Origin: Hypanus sabinus
Lineage: Eukaryota
Reading direction: 5' to 3'
Length of the DNA stretch: 64,000 nucleotides
Assembly: GCF_030144855.1 (NCBI RefSeq)
Contig: NC_082723.1
Span: 16,244,001-16,308,000, forward strand
The position numbers and the translations under genes are program-made. Position 1 is the stretch's first letter, and the number at the start of each line of letters is the position of its first letter. The notes beneath the pieces are model-generated. The model saw only the letters and a program-made list of their open reading frames with translations, searched no databases and was not told the DNA's origin. Below, in pieces: positions 13,010 to 26,990 of this stretch.

Positions 13010-13520
13010 GGTGGCATAGTGGTTAACACAAAGGTTTACAGTACAGGCAACCTGGGTTCAATTCCCGCCACTGCCTGTATGGAGTTAGTATGCTCTCCCC
13101 AAGACCGTGTGGGTTTAGAAGAATGATACAGTACAGGCCCTTCGGCCCACAATGTTGTGCTGACCCTGAAACCCTGCCTCCCATATAACCACCCACCTTA
13201 ATTTCCTCCATTTACCTGTCTAGTAGTCTCTTAAATTTTACTAGTGTATCTGCTTCCACCACAGACTCAGGCATCAACCACTCTCTGAGTGAAAAACCTT
13301 CCTCTAATATCCCCCTTGAACTTTCCTCCCCTTACCTTAAAGCCATGACCTCTTGTACTGAGCAGTGGTGCCCTGGGGAAGAGGTGCTGGCTGTCCACTC
13401 TGTCTATTCCTCCCTCAGTCCAAAGACGGACCAGTTGGTAGGTTAATTGGTCATGTGATTAAGTTAGGATTGTTGGGTGGCATGCGTTGAAGGGCAAGAA
13501 TGGCCTCAATAAATAAAAGA
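13010..13520 (+). mobile_element. tRNA-derived V-SINE interrupted by a minus-strand CR1 3' tail (about 13117-13408)
   Basis: A box GGCATAGTGGTT and B box GGTTCAATTCC are present. The V-domain GTGTGGGTT|...|TCCTCCCTCAGTCCAAAGACG resumes after the CR1 fragment and ends at AATAAATAAA. Confidence 0.75.
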
Positions 13521-14696
13521 AAGATTTACTGTTAGTTAAGATTCACAGGCTGCATGCTTGGTCAGGAAGGAGTTAAACCCTTCAGCAACTTTAAAAGAAA
13601 GGATTACAGTTGTTACTGGGAGCTGCCCATCTGTCACCTAGATAGCTCAGTAACTACCGACTGAGCTGGCGAGGGATGTTCCCTGACATTAAAACTCCAT
13701 TAGAACAACAGACGAGGCCCAGAAAATGTCCCCTCCTGTCAAACCAGCCTCTTACTCGCTTACTCGTGGCCCTCCAAGCTCTCAGTGTGAGGCAAGTCAG
13801 ACTGAAGCCTGTACTTATCTTCAGCTTCAGCATTCTGTGTCCCGTGCTTTCAAAGCAGGGTTGTTTTGGCAACCTATAAATCACATTGATAAGTTTTGCA
13901 CTTTGTTTCACGGTGCCCACCGCACCCTGGCGTGACTTCCAACACCAGATTCGTCCCTGACTGGCCTCTCCACACAATCCATTTGTTTATTATTTTGAGA
14001 GACGGCGCGGAGCAGACCTTCCCTGACAACGAACTGCACTGTCCACCACCCCGATTTCAACTGGAACGTCTTTGGGTCGTGGAAGGAAACAGGAGCACCC
14101 GGAGGAAATCCACGGGTCCATGGGGAAAACGTACAACTCCTTACAACTGGAGTTGGAGTCAAACTCAGAGCATCAATGCTCTGAGCTGTAATAGCATTGT
14201 GACAACCGCTACGCTACTGTTCTTAATCAATCGGCCAGATGGAAAGGCAGGAAGAGTCCATGGGCTGGAGAGCTGTGGTAACCAACCACATCTCCTACTT
14301 CTTCAGCCGTGTGGCCTGGAGCTCCCGGTACAGTGCGGCCCAGTGCCCAGCCGTGATGTTGTCCCTGGCTGCTCATAACACCTCATCGTTTTGGTGCTCT
14401 TGTGCTGCTCCAGTGTGCTTTGATGGGACTTTGGAAACATCTCCAAATACTTTGATGTCAAAGACTCCAGCAAGTTTCTGTAGAAGCACCATGGAGAGTG
14501 TCCTGACGGGTTGAATCACCGTCTGGCTGGTAGGCAGCAATGCGCAAGAACAGAAAAAGTTGCAAGAGGTGACTCTCCCTTGATACCACCCCTCTACATT
14601 GCCGTACTCCCCCCACACCGCCCATGCACGTCCCACAGTGTGACCCTCCCTTGGTACAACTTCCGCCCCCCCCGACCCAACAAAGTGTAAAACTCC

Positions 14697-17600
14697 TTCA
14701 GTACCTCCCCTGACTCCGTCCCTCTCACTGTGTGACCCTCAGTACCTCCCCCCCCACTCCATCCCTCTCACTGTGTGACCCTCAGTACCTCCCCCCCACT
14801 CTGTCCCCCTCACTGTGTGACCCTCAGTACCTGGCCCCCCATTCTGTCCCTCTCACTGTGTGACCCTCAGTACCTGCCCTCCCACTCTGTCCCCCTCACT
14901 GTGTGACCCTCAGTACCTGCCCCCCACTCTGTCCCTCTCACTGTGTGACCCTCAGTACCTGCCCCCCACTCTGTCCCTCTCAGTGTGACTCTCAGTACCT
15001 GCCCCCCACTCTGTCCCTCTCACTGTGTGACCCTCAGTAGCTGCCCCCCACTCTGTCCCTCTCTCTGTGTGACCCTCAGTACCTGACCCCCACTCTGTCC
15101 CTCTCACTGTGTGACCCTCAGTACCTGCCCCCCCACTCTGTCCCTCTCACTGTGTGACCCTCAGTACCTGCCCTCCCACTCCGTCCCCCTCACTGTGTGA
15201 CCCTCAGTACCTGCCCAACCCACTCTGTCCCTCTCACTGTGTGACCCTCAGTACCTGCCCCCCACTCTGTCCCTCTCACTGTGACCCTCAGTACCTGCCC
15301 CCCCCACTCTGTCCCCCTCACTGTGTGACCTTCAGTACCTGCCCCCCACTCTGTCCCTCTCACTGTGTGACCCTCAGTACCTGCCCCCCACTCTGTCCCT
15401 CTCACTGTGTGACCCTCAGTACCTGCCCCCCACTCTGTCCCTCTCACTGTGTGACCCTCAGTACCTGCCCTCCCACTCCATCCCCCTCACTGTGTGACCC
15501 TCAGTACCTGCCCCCCACTCTGTCCCTCTCACTGTGTGACCCTCAGTACCTGCCCCCCCACTCTGTCCCTCTCACTGTGACCCTCAGTACCTGCCCCCCA
15601 TTCTGTCCCTCTCACTGTGTGACCCTCAGTACCTGCCCCCTCACTGTGTGACCCTCAGTACCTGCCCCCCCACTCTGTCCCTCTCACTGTGACCCTCAGT
15701 ACCTGCCCCCCACTCTGTCCCTCTCACTGTGTGACCCTCAGTACCTGCCCCCCACTCTGTCCCTCTCACTGTGTGACCCTCAGTACCTGCCCCCCACTCT
15801 GTCCCTCTCACTGTGTGACCCTCAGTACCTGCCCCCTCACTGTGTGACCCTCAGTACCTGTCCCCCCACTCTGTCCCTCTCACTGTGACCCTCAGTACCT
15901 GCCCCCCACTCTGTCCCTCTCACTGTGTGACCCTCAGTACCTGCCCCCTCACTGTGTGACCCTCAGTACCTGCCCCCCCCACTCTGTCCCTCTCACTGTG
16001 ACCCTCAGTACCTGCCCCCCACTCTGTCCCTCTCACTGTGTGACCCTCAGTACCTGCCCCCCACTCTGTCCCTCTCACTGTGTGACCCTCAGTACCTGCC
16101 CCCCACTCTGTCCCTCTCACTGTGTGACCCTCAGTACCTGCCCCCCCACTCTGTCCCTCTCACTGTGTGACCCTCAGTACCTGCCCCCCCACTCTGTCCC
16201 TCTCACTGTGTGACCCTCAGTACCTGCCCCCCCACTCTGTCCCTCTCACTGTGTGACCCTCAGTACCTGCCCCCCCACTCTGTCCCTCTCACTGTGTGAC
16301 CCTCAGTACCTGCCCCCCCACTCTGTCCCCCTCACTGTGTGACCCTCAGTACCTGCCCCCCACTCTGTCCCTCTCACTGTGTGACCCTCAGTACCTGCCC
16401 CCCCACTCTGTCCCCCTCACTGTGTGACCCTCAGTACCTGCCCCCCACTCTGTCCCCCTCACTGTGTGACCCTCAGTACCTGCCCTCCCACTCTGTCCCT
16501 CTCACTGTGTGACCCTCAGTACCTGCCCCCCACTCTGTCCCCCTCACTGTGTGACCCTCAGTACCTGCCCCCCCACTCTGTCCCCCTCACTGTGTGACCC
16601 TCAGTACCTGCCCCCCCACTCTGTCCCTCTCACGGTGTGACCCTCAGTACCTGCCCCTCCCACTCTGTCCCTCTCTCTGTGTGACCCTCAGTACCTGCCC
16701 TCTCTCTGTGTGACCCTCAGTACCTGCCCCTCCCACTCTGTCCCTCTCACTGTGTGACCCTCAGTACCTGCCCTCTCTCTGTGTGACCCTCAGTACCTGC
16801 CCCTCCCACTCTGTCCCTCTCACTGTGTGACCCTCAGTACCTGCCCTCTCTCTGTGTGACCCTCAGTACCTGCCCTCTCACTGTGTGACCCTCAGTACCT
16901 GCCCCCCACTCTGAGCCTCTCACTGTGTGACCCTCAGTACCTGCCCCCCACTCTGTCCCTCTCACTGTGTGACCCTCAGTACCTGCCCCCCACTCTGTCC
17001 CTCTCACTGTGTGACCCTCAGTACCTGCCCCCTCACTGTGTGACCCTCAGTACCTGCCCCCCCACTCTGTGTGACCCTCAGTACCTGCCCCCCCACGGTG
17101 TGACCCTCAGTACCTGCCCTCTCTCTGTGTGACCCTCAGTACCTGCCCTCTCACTGTGTGACCCTCAGTACCTGCCCCCCACTCTGTCCCTCTCACTGTG
17201 TGACCCTCAGTACCTGCCCCCCACTCTGTCCCTCTCACTGTGTGACCCTCAGTACCTGCCCCCCACTCTGTCCCTCTCACTGTGTGACCCTCAGTACCTG
17301 CCCCCTCACTGTGTGACCCTCAGTACCTGCCCCCCCACTCTGTGTGACCCTCAGTACCTGCCCCCCCACGGTGTGACCCTCAGTACCTGCCCTCTCTCTG
17401 TGTGACCCTCAGTACCTGCCCCCCCACTCTGTGTGACCCTCAGTACCTGCCCCCTCACTGTGTGACCCTCAGTACCTGCCCCCCCACTCTGTGTGACCCT
17501 CAGTACCTGCCCCCCCACGGTGTGACCCTCAGTACCTGCCCCCCCACTCTGTGTGACCCTCAGTACCTGCCCCCACTCTGTGTGACCCTCAGTACCTGCC

Positions 17601-17996
17601 CCCCCACGGTGTGACCCTCAGTACCTGCCCCCCCACTCTGTGTGACCCTCAGTACCTGCCCCCTCACTGTGTGACTCTCAGTACCTGCCCCCTGCACGGT
17701 GTGACCCTCAGTACCTGCCCCCTCACTGTGTGACCCTCAGTACCTGCCCCCCCACTCTGTCCCCCTCACTGTGTGACCCTCAGTACCTGCCCCCCCCACT
17801 CTGTGTGACCCTCAGTACCTGCCCCCTCACTGTGTGACCCTCAGTACCTGCCCCCCCATTCTGTCCCTCTCACTGTGTGACCCTCAGTACCTGCCCTCCC
17901 ACTCTGTCCCCCTCACTGTGTGACCCTCAGTACCTGCCCCCCACTCTGTCCCTCTCACTGTGTGACCCTCAGTACCTGCCCCCTGCACCGTGTGAC
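14697..17996. repeat. Minisatellite/VNTR with a 42-bp unit and 29-31-bp deletion variants
   Basis: The consensus is TGTGTGACCCTCAGTACCTGCCCCCCACTCTGTCCCTCTCAC with a variable C-run. I estimate roughly 80-95 units by eye. Confidence 0.98.
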
Positions 17997-20929
17997 ATCA
18001 CAGGAATTGGTTTGCTGAATTTCTTCCGGCCTGCTCCCAAGGCTTGTGCATCCAAATATAAATGGGGCACGGCACTCCAAATCCCAACCAGCTCCAAAAG
18101 AACTCCTTGCAGCAACGCAAATAAAATGCTGGAGGAACTCAGCAGGCCAGGCAGCATCCATGGAGATGAATAAACCGTCGATGTTGCAAGCTGAGACCGT
18201 GCCTCAGCCCGAAGGACTCCTTTCTCAGTGTGTTTTCGAGCCCCGAAGCAGTCTCACGATGATTACACCAGCATTCTTGTCCATGACTCATTCAATTTGT
18301 CAGCATTAGGGTCATGTACCTTGATGCCATGTTTCTGTCTAAATTCCTCTTACATGTCCTCATTATATCTTTAATCCTCAGACCCCTCAGCTCTCATCCT
18401 CTTAGTTATGATGCCCCTATAATGGGAAAATAATTTTGACTATCTACCCTGTCTGGAACGTAGATCTTGTTTTCCTCTACAAGTTTACCCCTCATCTTTT
18501 GTTCCAAGAGAAACAAGCCCGGCCCCTCTAATCTCTCCAATCTCTAATCTCTCTGAAATCCTCCAATCCAGACAATATCCTGATGAACTTCCTTTGCACC
18601 CTCTCAGCATAAACACGTGGTGCAAGCAGAACGGCACGTGATACTCGAAGTATGGTGTAATCAGTGTTTATAAAGATGGACCGTAACGTGCCAACTCTTA
18701 TATATGGCCTCGACCTTTGAAAGCTCCTGTGCCACATCCCTTTTCCACTACCCTAATGATAAGTGTTGTCAGCTTTGGAGAACTATAGACTTGGACTCCC
18801 AGGTCTGCTTGCATTGGATTCTAGCCTCTGTAGTATCCAGAACATCGTCATGAAGCGATGCCACAAAACTGTGGCGTCCATTATTAAGGACCCCATCACC
18901 CAGGTCATGCCTTGTTCTGATTGCTACCATCGTGAAGGAGGTACAGAAGCCCGAAGGCACAGCTTCTTCCCCTCTCCCATCCGAATCTGAATGGACCTTG
19001 AATCCTTGGACACTACCTTTACTTATTTATTTATATTTTTGCACGACTTATTTAATGTAACTATATATGTAAATTTACTGTAATCCACATTTTTTCTATT
19101 ATCCTGTATTGCTGCCACGAAGTTAACAAATTTCTCAACATATGCTGGTGATATTAAACCTGATTCTGATTTGCTTCCCTCTCAGCCACCCGAGTGCATG
19201 GTCGCACCGTGACGGAGATGCTCCCGCGCACGTGCCCTTCGTTGACGCGCAGGTGGAACTCTCTCCGACTGCACGTGGTGCTAATTTTAAAGCGTTGTGC
19301 AGTTTTCAGCCCGTGTAGAGACTTCCTGCCAGCCCAGCCGTCGAGCAAAATGAGCGGGAATGTCGTTTCTCTGGTGCCCCACAGTGCAGGCAAGCGCTTC
19401 CCACCCTCGCTGATGCCACGGACCATTAGAATTAACTGAGGGATCCATGGACCCCAGGCTGAGAATGTCAGCTGTATCCTTGACCCAACTTTGATCTCAC
19501 AAAACATATCACTTCACACTTGTTGGGAGATACACCTTAATAATTATTATTATTTATTCACCACAATAATTATTATTTAATTATTTATTTATGGTTTTAT
19601 ATTGCTATATTTCTTCACTATTCTTGGTTGGTGCGGCTGTAATGAAACCCAATTTCCCTCGGGATCAATAAAGTATGTCTGTCTGTCTGAAAGTAGTTCA
19701 CCCAAACATATTGATTATATCCATCTATTTCATATATTATTGAAAGCAGAGGTTGATCAGTCAGGGTGTCAAAGGTTATGGGGAGAATGGGATTGAGAGG
19801 GGTGATAAATCAGCCATTACTTTGTTTCTGTTCTGCACTATTTTTTATTTCTAGGTATTTCTTATTGTAATTTAGACAGAATACTTATACAAGAAACAAG
19901 TATTAGAATAAATAAGGAGAACAAAATGGTGAGGTAGTTTTCATGGGTTCATGGACCATTCAGAAATCTGATGGTGGAAGGGTAGAAACTGCTCCTGCAA
20001 CGTTGACTGTGTGTCTCCAGCCTCCCGTACCTCCTCCCTGATGGGAGCAATGAGAGGAGAGCATGCCCAGGGTGGTGAGGGATCTTAATGATGGATACAA
20101 CCTTCTCGAGGCATGGCCTGGTGAAGATGCCCTCGTGCCCATGACGGTGCTGGCTGAGTTTACAACCCCCGGCAGCTTTTTTTTTCACCCAGTCTTGTGC
20201 GTGGGTGCCTCCGTACATGAAAAGTCGGAACTACAATTAACCCATTCACTGCTGATCTGGAGGAGGCAGCGCTGAATGCCCGCAGTGGGAATGCAATCCG
20301 GGCTCCCTCACCAGGAGGGGATGTGTTTATAGAATAAAGCTGACTCCACAGTGGGAGCAGAGAAGACATCAAAGGCCTAGGGATCAGGGATGAGTGGGAC
20401 AAGATCACTTGTACAAAGCACTTGGAATCCCCACAGGAATGAACAGAAACTGTGGTTATAAGGGACTTGTCCATGAAGAAGCTAATAATCAGAGTGTGGT
20501 TCTGACAGAGCTTTCTCAGAGGATGTCTGGTATTAACCCTGCTGTGACCTTTTCCCTGTGGATTATTTAATGACACAGTGCCGATATTTACAGATGCTGC
20601 TTTAATTTAGACAGTGACAGGTTGATGAGGGGTTGGACTGGACAAACTCTGCGTGCAGCCTCGAAGAGGAGGTCACCGCTGACGAAATGACAGACACACC
20701 GCCTGTCCAAACTCTAACTCAGCGGACATGTAGTGTTGCCTGGCGACACCAGTGGGGCAAGGCAGGGCCCGCTTGATCAGGACCCTGGCCATTTCCTCTA
20801 CCGTCAGTGCCATGGCTAGGCTGGTCATTGTTCCACACGCACCAGCTCTGATATGTAGAGCTGCAAGGTAAGCACCCACACTGCTACAGACTACAGTAGG
20901 TGTACATGGACCAGAGCATTTCATAAAAC

Positions 20930-23900
20930 TGTAACACATAGGAGCAGAATCAGACCACTCGGCCCATTGATCTGCGCTGCCGTTCCATCGTGCCTGATCC
21001 CTCTCAACCCCATTCTCCTGCCTTCTCCCCATAACCTTTGACACCCTGACGAACCAAGAACCTATCAATCTCTATTTTAAATATACTCAATGACTTAGCC
21101 TCCATAGCCGTCCGTGACACAGATTCACCACCCTCTGTCTAAAGAAATCCCTTCTTACCTGTTCAAAATGGATAACCCTCTTTTCTGAAGTTGTGTCCTC
21201 TGGTCCTAGGCTCCCCCACTCCACATCCACTCTGTCTAAGCTTTTCGATATTCAATAGTTTTCATTGAGATCTCTCCACATGCCTCGAAATTCCAGTGAG
21301 CACAGGCCAAGAGCCATCAAATGCTCCTCATACATTAACCCTTTCATTCCCAGAATCATTCTGTGACCCTCCTCTGAACCCTCTCCAATGCCAGCACAGC
21401 TTTTCTTAGATAAGGGGCCCAAAACTGCCCACCATACTCCAAGTAAGGTCTGACTAATGCCTTATAAAGCCTCAGCACTACATATTTGCTTTTTGAAATG
21501 AATGCTAACACCTGATTTGTCTTCCTTACCACCGACTCAATCTGTAAGTTAACCTTTAGGGAATCTGGTACAAGGATTCTCAAGTCCCTTTGCACCTCTG
21601 ATTTTAAAGTTTCCCCCGTTTAGAAAATAGTCTGTCTTTATTCCTTCTACCAAAGTGCATGATCATAGACTTCCCTGTTCTATGTTCCATCTGCCCATTC
21701 TCCCAACCTGTCCAAGTCCATCTCCAGACTCCCTGCTTCCTCAATACTACCTGCCTTTCCACCTGTCTTTGTCTCATCTACAAACTTGGCCATAAACCAT
21801 CAATTCTATCACCCAAATCATTGACATATAACGTGTATAAAGAAGCTGACCCAATTGTAGTGTATTTAGTATTTCAGTAATATTATATCTATATTGTTTG
21901 ATTAAGCATTCTTTGTTTAAATAAGTCATTACTTAATTATACGTAAAAGTACATGAATGGGATATGTCATTCCACCACCATGTCGTACGTGCATGCCTCA
22001 CTGAAGTAAAATGAAGTTGACAGATGTTTATCCCTGGTCCCATGCTTTTCTTTCAACTAGCTTTTGAAGTTACAAAACATAACACCAATACTGACTTCTG
22101 CAGAGCACTACTCATCACTGGCATCCAACCAGAATTGGCCGCCTTTATAGCTCCTTGCCTTCTGCTAGTCAGCCAATCTTCTACCCATGCAGTTATCTTT
22201 CTTCCATGGGCTCTAATCTTGCTAAGCAACCTCATGTGCAGCACCTTGTCAAAGGCCTTTTGAAAATCCAAGTAAACGACATCCACTGACCCTACCTTGT
22301 CTAACCTACCTGTTACTTACTCAAGGAATTCCAACAGATTTGTCGGGTAAGATTTTCTCCTTGGAAAACTACGCTGACTTTGGCCTATTTTGTCATATGC
22401 CTCCAAGTACCCCAAATCCTCATCCTTAATAATCGACTCCAGCACCTTCCCAACCACTGAAGTCAGGCTCACTGGCCTATAGTTTCATTTCTTCTGCCTC
22501 TTAAAGTGTGGAATGACATTGCAATTTTCTAGCTCTTTGGAACCATTCCAGAAACTAGAGATTCTTGAAAGAACGTTACTAACACCTCCACAATCTCCTC
22601 AGCCACCTCTTTCAGAACCTTGGGACGTACTCCATCTAATCCAGGTGACTTATCTAGCTTCAGACCTTTCAGCTCCCCAAGCACCTTCTGCTTAGTAATA
22701 CTGTCCCCGACACAATCAAACTTCTGGCATACTGCTACAGTCTCCTACGCTGAAGACTGACACAAAATACTGATTCAGTTTGCCTGCTATTTCTCTGCAG
22801 CATCTTTTCCCAGCACTCCAGTATCCACCCTTGCCTCACTTTTACTCTTTATATATCTGCAAAAACATTTTTTATCCTCTTTAATATTTTTGGTTAGATT
22901 ACCTTCATATTTAATCTTTTTATTTTCTCCTAATGGCTTATTTAGTTGCCTTTTGTTGATCTTAAGAGAGTTTCTAATTCATTTTTGCCATATTATATGC
23001 CCTTGCTTATGCTGTCTTTGACTTCCCTTGTCAGCCAAATTGCTCCATCCTCCCTCTAGAATATTTCTTCACCTTTGGGATGTATCTGTCCTGTACCTTC
23101 TGAATTGCCCCCAGATCCTCCAGCCATTGCTTTTCCGCAATCACCTTTACTGGTGTCCCCTTCCAATCAACTTCGGCAAGCTCTTCTTCCATGCCTCTGT
23201 GATTCCCTTTATTCCACTGTGATACAAATACATCTGACTTTAATTTCTCCCGCTCAAAATGCAGGCAAATTCTATCACTGTTTCCCAAGTGTAGCTTAAG
23301 CTCCGTAATCAAATCTGGTTCCCATTCCAGCATTGCCATTCCTCCAGTGGGCTCAACCTCTAGCTCATCTAAAAAGCCGTCTCGTAGGCATTCTACAAAT
23401 TCCCTCTCTTAGGATTCAGCACCGACCTGATTTTCCCAATCTATCAAATTGTCCCTTTGACATGTCTTTTCTATTCCCCTTTGTAATTTATATCCCACAT
23501 CCTGGCTACTGTTCAGGGACCAGTATGCAACTTCCATCAGGATCTTTTTACCCTGGCAGTTTCTTAACTCTACCCACAGGAATTCTACATCTTCTAATCC
23601 TGTGTCACCTTTTTCTAACGATTTGATTTCTTTTTTTTTACCAACAGAGCCACCATACTGCCTCTGTCTACTTGCCTGTCCTTTCAATACAAGGTGTATC
23701 CTTGGATATTCAGCTCCAATGCCTCCACAATGGGTCTACGATCTTCTTTCAGTCACATCTCAGTGATGCCCACAACGTCAGACCTGCCAATCTCTAACTG
23801 TGCGACAAGCTCATCTATCTTACTCTGAGCGCATTCAAGTATAACAACTTCAGTTCTGTATTCATCACACTTCTTAATTTTGCCCCCATGCTGCACTTCA

Positions 23901-24230
23901 ACTCATCCCACTGACTGCGATTTTGCCCTATCATCTGCCCGTCCCTCCTCAGTCTGACTCTATGTACCAACTGCTCCACCCTCAGACCTATCACTCCGGT
24001 TCCCATCGCCCCACCAGTTTAGTTTAAACCTTTCCCAACAGCTCTGGCAGACCTGCTCACAAGGATATTGGTCCCCATTGGTTTCAGGTGTGACCTGAAC
24101 TTTTTGCACAGGTCACATCATCCTCAAGAACAATCTCAATGATCTAGAAATCTGAACCCCTGTTCCCTGCACCACTTCAACATTTCATTCACCTGTACTG
24201 TCATCTTAATCTTGTCCTTGCTAATTAACC
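20930..24230 (-). mobile_element. Long decayed CR1 LINE (ORF1 end, APE endonuclease, RT and tail)
   Basis: Minus-strand remnants include LKLLYLNA (23815-24006), FLWVELRN (23409-23687), HLGNSD (23031-23339), DVVYLDFQKAFDKV (22053-22286) and LYKALVRPYLEY (21356-21595). The 3' tail is near 20930. Confidence 0.92.
21856..22084. mobile_element. 229-bp solo LTR (family B) with a 5-bp TSD
   Basis: CCAAT|TGTAG...ATAACA|CCAAT: TG...CA termini and a perfect CCAAT duplication (21851-21855 and 22085-22089). It interrupts the CR1 RT. Confidence 0.85.
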
Positions 24231-25774
24231 CTGGTTACTATTAACACAAGCGATCACTCGCTCCGCAGGCAAGTCCCTATGGACCTGCTCACTTTTTAAA
24301 ACTGGTGTGCAAAGCCAACAAGGAACTGTTGCCAACTTGCTCGGCAATCTCAGACATGACCAACAAAGGTAACCAGAGAAGGGCTGTAAATTCAGTCATT
24401 ATCACCTTCATCGTTCGAAGTACATTTATTGTCAAATTACATATATGAGACCATCTACTACCTTGAGATCAGCTTTCTTGCGGGCATTCACAGTAGAGCA
24501 AAGGAATACAGTGGAATCATTGAAGATCTACACACAAAGACTGACTGACAAACAACCAAAATGCAAAAGATGACAATCTGTGCGAATACAAAAAAAATAA
24601 CAAATGAGTAACACTGACAATGTGACTGTAGTGTCCTTACGGGTGGGTCTGAAGGCTGTGGAATCAATTCAGAGTTGAGGTGAGTGAAGTTATCCGCGCT
24701 GGTTCAAGAGCCTGATGGTTGAGGGGTAATAACTGTTCCTGAATCTGTTTAAATGAGTGCACACAGGAGGATAGAGGGAATAGAGGGATAGAGGGATAGA
24801 GGGATTCTACTCACATCAGCCACTTCAGAGTGGAAAATAAACCTATGCCAATTTTCGTAGTGCCACAATCCCCACCTAACTGCCCCCACCCCCTGCGTCC
24901 CTGCACTGAAGGCAGCTGGGAGTAAGTGAACATCTTTCCTCCGTGTACACGGGCCTGTTGTTCCTGGAGTGAAGGCTTGCATTCTCACGACGTTCTTCAA
25001 TGCAGCTGAAGATATCCCACGGTGCACTGCGGCCCACAAAGGGCCTCGGAGGAGCAGTCACTACTTTAATGCAGGATTTTGACAAAAGACTCCAGGAGTT
25101 AACCGATTCTGAAACTAGGTTTGTGATGTGCAGGTGGCACACAAGATCCGTGCCTTTGGCTCTTTTTTCGTATTTCAGAAGCCGGTGAGGGGTCCCCACT
25201 GTTTATGACACGAATGTTAGCACAGGGCCCGCTGCCGTGGGTCAGGATAGGTTCTAACTGGTGGCACTGATTAAAGACTGCCACTGCCTAATGGCGGTAA
25301 GGCACACAGGCAGAAGCATACTAAGTAAATCTGGGCACGTGCAGGTTCGGAAACAGGAGCTGGTGGGGAACGTCACTCCTCAATTCGTTGCTGAACGTAG
25401 AGAAAGAGGAACCAGCTTTTCAAACATTTCTCCGCACAGCTTGATCGACACGATGGAGGCGAGAGAATGTTCTCGCCTCAACTGGAGAGTCAGCCGACCA
25501 CTCCGACTCTAGGGCAGCGGTATGAGGAGGTACTGCTAACACCCGCGTGGAGTGTCAAGGTGGACATTGTGCTGGGGAAATGATCTCACTTGTCACTATC
25601 AGCAATTATACCTGCCAACTACCACCCTCACCCCAAACACACACTGGCTGTCCATCTCTGTTAATCAGGGGTCAGTCCTCACTTTCCCTTACTCTGTCAC
25701 ACCTGCATTCACTTCCCTGAAACCCACCACAGCCTGCACACATGGTAGGAATAAACTCCTGACACACGACACCT

Positions 25775-26067
25775 NNNNNNNNNNNNNNNNNNNNNNNNNN
25801 NNNNNNNNNNNNNNNNNNNNNNNNNNNNNNNNNNNNNNNNNNNNNNNNNNNNNNNNNNNNNNNNNNNNNNNNNNNNNNNNNNNNNNNNNNNNNNNNNNNN
25901 NNNNNNNNNNNNNNNNNNNNNNNNNNNNNNNNNNNNNNNNNNNNNNNNNNNNNNNNNNNNNNNNNNNNNNNNNNNNNNNNNNNNNNNNNNNNNNNNNNNN
26001 NNNNNNNNNNNNNNNNNNNNNNNNNNNNNNNNNNNNNNNNNNNNNNNNNNNNNNNNNNNNNNNNNNN
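25775..26067. other. Assembly gap (N run)
   Basis: Run of Ns; the right flank begins in a (CT)n tract. Confidence 0.99.
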
Positions 26068-26514
26068 CTTTCTCTCTCTCTCTCAGAAGCAGCCCTAACC
26101 CAGGTAGTGTTTTGCATCACACACAAAATGCCGCAGGAACTCAGCATTAACGGAAGAAAGTGCAGTCGCTGTTTTGGGCCGAGCTTCCTCAGCAGGAGTT
26201 TTACATATGGCTTGAAGTCCAGTCTTTCAGAATGGCCAGCTCCATTTTCACCCTCACAGACGCTGCTGGGGTGCAGCTCCAAATACCAGCGCCTCAACAC
26301 CACTGCAGGATGAGCAAAATACCCTTCCCCAAGCGGGGCAGTGGGAACTCAGGGGCCATTGAGCATTTCACCTTTACTGCAACAGTGCACCCTCCGGACA
26401 GTGAGTGATCGGACAGTGACGTTTGACTCTGTGGGAAAACACCATCGTGAGTCAGAAGGCTTCTCCTCCTTGCCTGAAGTACAGGCCGTTCTCCCCTCGT
26501 TAGTCTCATCAACT

Positions 26515-26990
26515 TTGGACATGATTCGGAGGTTGATTCCAGAGATAAGGCGGTTTACTTACGAGGACTATACTGGCTGGAATTCTGAAGAATGAGAGGA
26601 GATCTGAAAGAAAGGTAAAATATGGATAAAGCATTAAATTATGGAAGGGATAGGTAAAATAAAGGCAGGAAAATTGTTTCCACTATTAAGTCAGACTAGA
26701 ACTTGGGGACATAGTCTCAAGATTCTGAGAAAAAAATTTTGGACAGGGATGAGAAGAAACTGCTTTTCTCAGTGGATCTGTGGAATTTTCTGCCCAGGGA
26801 AGTAACAGAGCCTGCCTCATTAAATATATCCAAGACACACTTAGTTAGAGAGTTGCTTAGCAGGGATTTAAGGGTTCTGGGGAAACGGCAGGCAGGAGGA
26901 ACTGAGTCTGTGGACAGATCGACCATGATCTTGCTGAATGGAGGAGCAGGATCACTGGGGCAGCAGCCAGCTCCTGATCCGAGTTCTCTT
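26515..26990 (+). mobile_element. CR1 3' fragment
   Basis: AGGTTGATTCCAGAGAT...GGGGACATAGTCTCAAG...CTGTGGAATT...CCATGATC matches the other CR1 3' ends in the window. Confidence 0.75.

Noticed and set aside
14235-14430. GC-rich stretch with coding-like composition
   Set aside because: No recognisable protein motif in any frame and no convincing splice-site pair.
14697-17996. Minisatellite as a CRISPR-like array, a Cys/Pro-rich repeat protein (ORFs 15154-15651 etc.) or an antigen-receptor RSS cluster
   Set aside because: There are no unique spacers. The ORFs arise because the 42-bp unit is a multiple of 3, and they shift frame with C-run length. The heptamers lack ACAAAAACC nonamers, and no V/D/J segments are present.
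25552-26313. 253-aa and 204-aa ORFs
   Set aside because: Artefacts of reading through the N gap.
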